Source: Bacteroidota bacterium (GTDB lineage: Bacteria; Bacteroidota; Ignavibacteria; UBA10030). Taken from it: a stretch of DNA of 57,838 bases. Positions 54,052-57,838 of the stretch are shown one piece after another (the first letter of the stretch is position 1; each line of letters begins with the position of its first letter). Made by a program: the position numbers and the translations under genes. Below the pieces are notes generated by a model, which was not told the DNA's origin, ran no database searches, and saw only the letters and a program-made list of their open reading frames with translations. Location of the stretch: the NCBI GenBank assembly GCA_035506075.1, contig DATJQB010000144.1, positions 1 through 57,838 of the forward strand, given 5' to 3'.

Positions 54052-55254
54052 ATGGATGAATGCCAGGGGGGCGTGACGGCCCCAAAAGGATTTCGGGCCG
54101 CAGGAATGTACTGCGGGATCCGGAAGGTCAAAAAGGATATCGCGATGATCGTTTCCGACGTTCCGGCGACATCGGCGGGCGTGTTCACGCTCAACAAAAC
54201 ACAGGCTGCATGTGTCCTGGTCGATAAGACACAGCTGAAACGCTCACCGGTGTGCTCTGCGATCGTCGTGAACAGCGGCAACGCAAACGCATGCACGGGT
54301 GAACGCGGACTGAACGATACATGGGACATGATCAAGGCGACCGCAACGGCGCTGAACATCCCTGAAGAGCAGGTGATGGTCTCGTCGACCGGTGTCATTG
54401 GCCAGTACATGCCGATGGACAAGGTCCTGCCCGCCATCGGGGAGCTGGCGGGGATTCTGAGCACGTCGGGCAATACGGATGCCGCAGAAGCGATCATGAC
54501 GACGGACACGTTTTCGAAAGAAGCGGCTGTTCACTTCTCGCTTGGGCCGAAGGTTGTCACGATCGGCGGAGTGGCAAAAGGGTCGGGCATGATTGCGCCC
54601 AACATGGCGACAATGCTGGCCTTCATTACGACCGATATTGTGATCTCGCAAGAGCTGCTCTCGAAAGCACTCCGCTCGGCGAACAACCGGTCCTTTAACC
54701 GGATCACAGTGGATGGCGACATGAGCACGAACGACATGGTCATTGTGATGGCAAATGGTCTGGCGGGGAACGCACCGTTGACAGAGAATTCGGAGGAGTT
54801 TCAGCTCTTCGCAGCAGCGCTGGAGTACGTCCTGATCAAACTGGCAAAAATGATCGCGAAGGATGGCGAGGGTGCGACAAAACTTGTCGAGATCATGGTC
54901 AAAGGGGCTACCTCGGAGGAAGAGGCGGCGCAGGCAGCGCGGGCGGTGGCAAATTCCAATCTCGTGAAGACGGCAATCCATGGTGCCGACGCAAACTGGG
55001 GGCGTATCCTCGCGGCGGTCGGATACTCTGGCATCGACTTCAATCCCGACAACGTGGAGATTTCCTTCGGGGAGCTGCCGGTTCTCAAGAAGAACTACGA
55101 GATTGTGCTCGATGAGGACAAGGCAAAGGAAATCCTGTTGAAGGACAGCGTGGTAGTGGTGATAGACCTGAACCAGGGGAATCAGTTTGCCCGGTTCTGG
55201 ACGTGCGATCTCACGAAGGACTATGTTCACATCAATGCGAGCTACCGGTCATGA
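54052..55254 (+). CDS. argJ: Bifunctional ornithine acetyltransferase / N-acetylglutamate synthase
   Basis: It has GVTAPKGFRAAG and the autoprocessing site PNMATMLAFITTD. The start is ATG 54052, or GTG 54037 overlapping the argC stop. The track ORF's earlier part (53416) overlaps argC out of frame. Confidence 0.9.
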   Translation: MDECQGGVTAPKGFRAAGMYCGIRKVKKDIAMIVSDVPATSAGVFTLNKTQAACVLVDKTQLKRSPVCSAIVVNSGNANACTGERGLNDTWDMIKATATALNIPEEQVMVSSTGVIGQYMPMDKVLPAIGELAGILSTSGNTDAAEAIMTTDTFSKEAAVHFSLGPKVVTIGGVAKGSGMIAPNMATMLAFITTDIVISQELLSKALRSANNRSFNRITVDGDMSTNDMVIVMANGLAGNAPLTENSEEFQLFAAALEYVLIKLAKMIAKDGEGATKLVEIMVKGATSEEEAAQAARAVANSNLVKTAIHGADANWGRILAAVGYSGIDFNPDNVEISFGELPVLKKNYEIVLDEDKAKEILLKDSVVVVIDLNQGNQFARFWTCDLTKDYVHINASYRS

Positions 55255-56102
55255 TTGATCCGTCAAGCAAAGAAGAAGTGCTGATTGAGGCATTGCCGTA
55301 CATTCAGACGTACGAGGGAAAGACCTTCGTGATCAAGTACGGCGGCGCTGTGATGACAGATGAAAAGCTGAAGCAGACCTTCGCCAAGGATGTCACACTC
55401 CTGAGGAAGATCGGGGTCAATATCATCATCGTCCACGGCGGCGGCAAAGAGATCACCCAGACAGCGAGCGCCCTTGGCGTGGATACGACATTTGTGGATG
55501 GACAACGGTACACCGATGACAAGATGATCGAAGTCGTCCTCATGGTGCTCGCCGGTCTCGTCAACAAAGAAATTGTGAATCTCATCAACACCAACGGCGG
55601 CAACGCGGTCGGACTCTGCGGGGTGGACAACATGCTGCTCCGTGCGCGCAAGCTCGTGACCAACGGTACCGACCTTGGACTCGTGGGGGAAATCACGAGT
55701 GTGAACCTTTCGTTCCTGAGCCTCTTTCTCCAGAACGGCATGATGCCTGTGATCGCGCCGATCGGGATGGGGGAGAACGGACAGCTATTCAACATCAACG
55801 CCGATCTCGCTGCCGGTGCGGTGGCAACGGCGCTTAAGGCGGAGAAGCTTGTGTACCTGAGCGATACGGAGGGGATTCTCGTCCGGGACAAGCTGATTTC
55901 GACGCTGACGAAATCCCAGGCCCAGAATTACATCCAGGATGGTTCGATCTTCGGTGGGATGATTCCGAAAGTTACTTCAGCCTTCGACACGCTGGACGCG
56001 GGAGTCAACAAGGTCCACATCATCGACGGCCGCATCAAGCACTCGCTTCTTCTTGAGATCTTTACAGATGAGGGGGTTGGAACACAGATGGTTCACGGGT
56101 AA
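55251..56102 (+). CDS. argB: Acetylglutamate kinase
   Basis: ATG 55251 overlaps the argJ stop (ATGA). Motifs are FVIKYGGA, IIVHGGG and NINAD. Confidence 0.92.
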   Translation: MIDPSSKEEVLIEALPYIQTYEGKTFVIKYGGAVMTDEKLKQTFAKDVTLLRKIGVNIIIVHGGGKEITQTASALGVDTTFVDGQRYTDDKMIEVVLMVLAGLVNKEIVNLINTNGGNAVGLCGVDNMLLRARKLVTNGTDLGLVGEITSVNLSFLSLFLQNGMMPVIAPIGMGENGQLFNINADLAAGAVATALKAEKLVYLSDTEGILVRDKLISTLTKSQAQNYIQDGSIFGGMIPKVTSAFDTLDAGVNKVHIIDGRIKHSLLLEIFTDEGVGTQMVHG

Positions 56103-56159
56103 CATGAGGATGTTGCGGGAAGAACGACCGGCGCCCTGCGTTCCCAGAGTCCCCTTACA

Positions 56160-56654
56160 ATGAGCAATGCGTCTATCAGGACACGAGGCCTTATGAACAA
56201 ACAGCGCAGACATTTTACGATTAAGCAGATCATCACGCAGCAAGTGATCTCCAACCAGGACGAGCTGTGTCAGGCCCTGGAAAAAGCCGGCTTCACGGTG
56301 ACGCAAGCAACGCTGTCGCGCGACATGAAGGAGCTTGGCATTGCCAGGGTTCACAGCGCGAACCGCATCCGCTACGTGCTCAATATCGAAAGCGAAGAGC
56401 GCCGGCTCGTACCGCTCATCGGCTATGAGATCGAGCGGATCGATTCAAACGAGACGATGATTGTCATCAAAACTCTCCCCGGAAGAGCCCAGGGTGTTGC
56501 GGAGATCATCGACAGCCTGCACCACCCGGCAATTCTCGGCACGCTCGCCGGCGACAACACGATCTTCATCACCCCCTCCTCCGTTGCGAAGATCGACGAG
56601 ACGCTGGAGCTTGTAAAAGGATTCATGACTTCGAAGAAACTCGAAGTTGCGTAG
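56160..56654 (+). CDS. argR: Arginine repressor
   Basis: The winged-helix N-terminus is ISNQDELCQALEKAGFTVTQATLSRDMKELGI and the C-terminal oligomerisation domain has GTLAGDNTIFI. An alternative start is 56193. Confidence 0.9.
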   Translation: MSNASIRTRGLMNKQRRHFTIKQIITQQVISNQDELCQALEKAGFTVTQATLSRDMKELGIARVHSANRIRYVLNIESEERRLVPLIGYEIERIDSNETMIVIKTLPGRAQGVAEIIDSLHHPAILGTLAGDNTIFITPSSVAKIDETLELVKGFMTSKKLEVA

Positions 56655-56843
56655 CGCTGAACCGGCGTCACGCAAAGCAGCAACGCGAGCAACACATGGC
56701 AGGTGAAGCAGCTGATGGGGGGAGAGTGTGACAGGCATCGGGACTCCCGCTGCAGCAAGCGTTATGGCCTAGAAAAAAACAAAGCAAACGAAGCTCCGTC
56801 AGGAGCGATACAAGAGAACAGCAGTTCCACCCAACCACGTTCG

Positions 56844-57838
56844 ATGAAAGACATGACAATGAAAAAGCAGCGCATCGCAGTAGCATATTCCGGCGGCCTC
56901 GACACGTCAGTGATCGTGAAATGGCTGCAGGAGAAGTACAATGCAGACGTCATCACCGTCACAGGAAACCTCGGCCAGAAGAAAGAGCTGACAGGCGTTC
57001 CGGAGAAAGCATACAAGACCGGGGCGAAGAAAGTGTATATCCAGGATTTGCGCGAAGAGTTTGTCGAGGAGTACATTTTCCCTGCGTTGAAAGCCGGGGC
57101 GCTTTACGAGCACACGTATCCGATGGCAACATCGATCGGCCGTCCCTTGCTGGCGAAATCACTGGTTGAGGTTGCGAAACGGGAACGCTGCACGGCGGTG
57201 GCGCACGGTTGCACAGGGAAGGGGAACGACCAGGTGCGTTTCGAGGCGGCGATTGCTGCGCTGGCGCCGAACCTGAAGGTTCTGGCACCGTTGCGTGATT
57301 GGGAGTTCAAATCACGGGAAGAGGAAATTGCGTATTGCGAGCAGCACGGAATCCCGGTTGCAGCGACGAAGAAGAACCCGTACTCGATTGACGAGAACAT
57401 CTGGGGAACCGCGATCGAATGCGGAGTCCTGGAGGATCCGATGGTTGAGCCTCCGGCCGATGCGTTCCAGCGAACGGTATCTCCGCAGGATGCTCCGGAC
57501 AAACCGACGTACGTCACAATCGAGTTCAAGGAGGGGGTTCCTGTCGGCCTGAACGACAAGAAAATGTCCGGTTATGACATCATTGACGAGCTTAATGAGA
57601 TCGCGGGCGCGAACGGTGTCGGTCGGATGGATTTGATCGAAAACAGGCTCGTTGGGATCAAATCAAGAGAGGTGTACGAAGCTCCGGCCGCGGTGGTCCT
57701 GCATTTTGCACATCGTGAGCTTGAGCGGCTCACGCTCGACAAGGAAGTGGCGCATTACCTGGCGAAACTCTCCCAGGACTATGCGACCCTCATTTACAAC
57801 GGTCTCTGGTTCACTCCGTTGAGGTCAGCCATGGACGC
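56844..57838 (+). CDS. argG: Argininosuccinate synthase, 3'-truncated by the window edge
   Basis: It is not in the ORF track because there is no stop in the window. The translation is M(KDMTM)[17 protein letters not shown]...[15 protein letters not shown]...NIWG...[14 protein letters not shown]. In-frame ATGs are at 56844, 56853 and 56859. Confidence 0.9.
   Translation, partial: MKDMTMKKQRIAVAYSGGLDTSVIVKWLQEKYNADVITVTGNLGQKKELTGVPEKAYKTGAKKVYIQDLREEFVEEYIFPALKAGALYEHTYPMATSIGRPLLAKSLVEVAKRERCTAVAHGCTGKGNDQVRFEAAIAALAPNLKVLAPLRDWEFKSREEEIAYCEQHGIPVAATKKNPYSIDENIWGTAIECGVLEDPMVEPPADAFQRTVSPQDAPDKPTYVTIEFKEGVPVGLNDKKMSGYDIIDELNEIAGANGVGRMDLIENRLVGIKSREVYEAPAAVVLHFAHRELERLTLDKEVAHYLAKLSQDYATLIYNGLWFTPLRSAMD

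Noticed and set aside
56696-56731. An 11-codon ORF ([11 protein letters not shown]) lies in the argR-argG spacer, as a possible leader peptide.
   Set aside because: It has no Arg codons, no SD and no downstream terminator/antiterminator structure, so it is probably fortuitous.
56655-56843. I searched the 190-nt argR-argG spacer, and also 56103-56159, for a second ARG box, a tRNA or a riboswitch-like element.
   Set aside because: I saw no TGAAT/TGCAT-type palindrome, no tRNA-like T-arm (GTTCRA) and no conserved riboswitch core.
1-57838. I looked for CRISPR arrays, rRNA or tRNA genes, IS elements, integrases, prophage genes and toxin-antitoxin or defence genes.
   Set aside because: I found no regularly spaced direct repeats, no transposase, integrase or nuclease/ATPase-type ORFs, and no RNA gene signatures. 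The window appears purely metabolic plus ychF and the arg genes. A by-eye scan can miss short or degenerate elements.

Overview
This is a moderately GC-rich bacterial chromosomal segment. I could not recognise any rRNA, tRNA, CRISPR array, transposase, integrase or phage gene in it. Nt 1-51610 form one co-directional (+ strand) array of about 38 tightly packed genes, with seven ATGA start/stop overlaps and no recognisable transcription factor. Its content points to glycan and sugar-acid catabolism. There are two clear secreted heparinase II/III-like proteins, plus two divergent ~600-aa paralogues that I place in the same superfamily by eye. There are three paralogous Asp-box (BNR) beta-propellers and GH15-like, GH38 and GH3 (NagZ-type) hydrolases. 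The array also holds three Gfo/Idh/MocA-type proteins, two PfkB kinases, ROK and GHMP sugar kinases, a sugar-1-P nucleotidyltransferase and a class I aldolase. Other enzymes are FAH, enolase-superfamily, M20, amidohydrolase, cyclase, nitrilase-superfamily and class III aminotransferase members, a DHOD-like flavoprotein with a separate 2x[4Fe-4S] ferredoxin, and a glycerate kinase. Transport is represented by DMT and SSS permeases. After a convergent ychF (- strand) comes an AT-rich region carrying a sigma70-like promoter overlapped by an ARG-box-like palindrome. It is followed by argC-argJ-argB-argR-argG, with argG running off the window. Four observations stand out. (i) An MtaA-like (URO-D family) plus MtaB-like methyltransferase pair sits inside the sugar locus, and what looks like the decayed 3' end of the missing corrinoid-protein gene lies between them. 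(ii) A duplicated secreted module pairs a beta-propeller with a ~600-aa toroid-like protein. (iii) Several large orphan or degenerate-domain proteins are present (794 aa, 777 aa, a tandem amidohydrolase with a dead N-half, a double ferritin-like protein). (iv) A sugar-1-kinase / nucleotidyltransferase / transporter salvage-like module closes the array. All family calls rest on motifs read by eye from the supplied translations. No database search was run.
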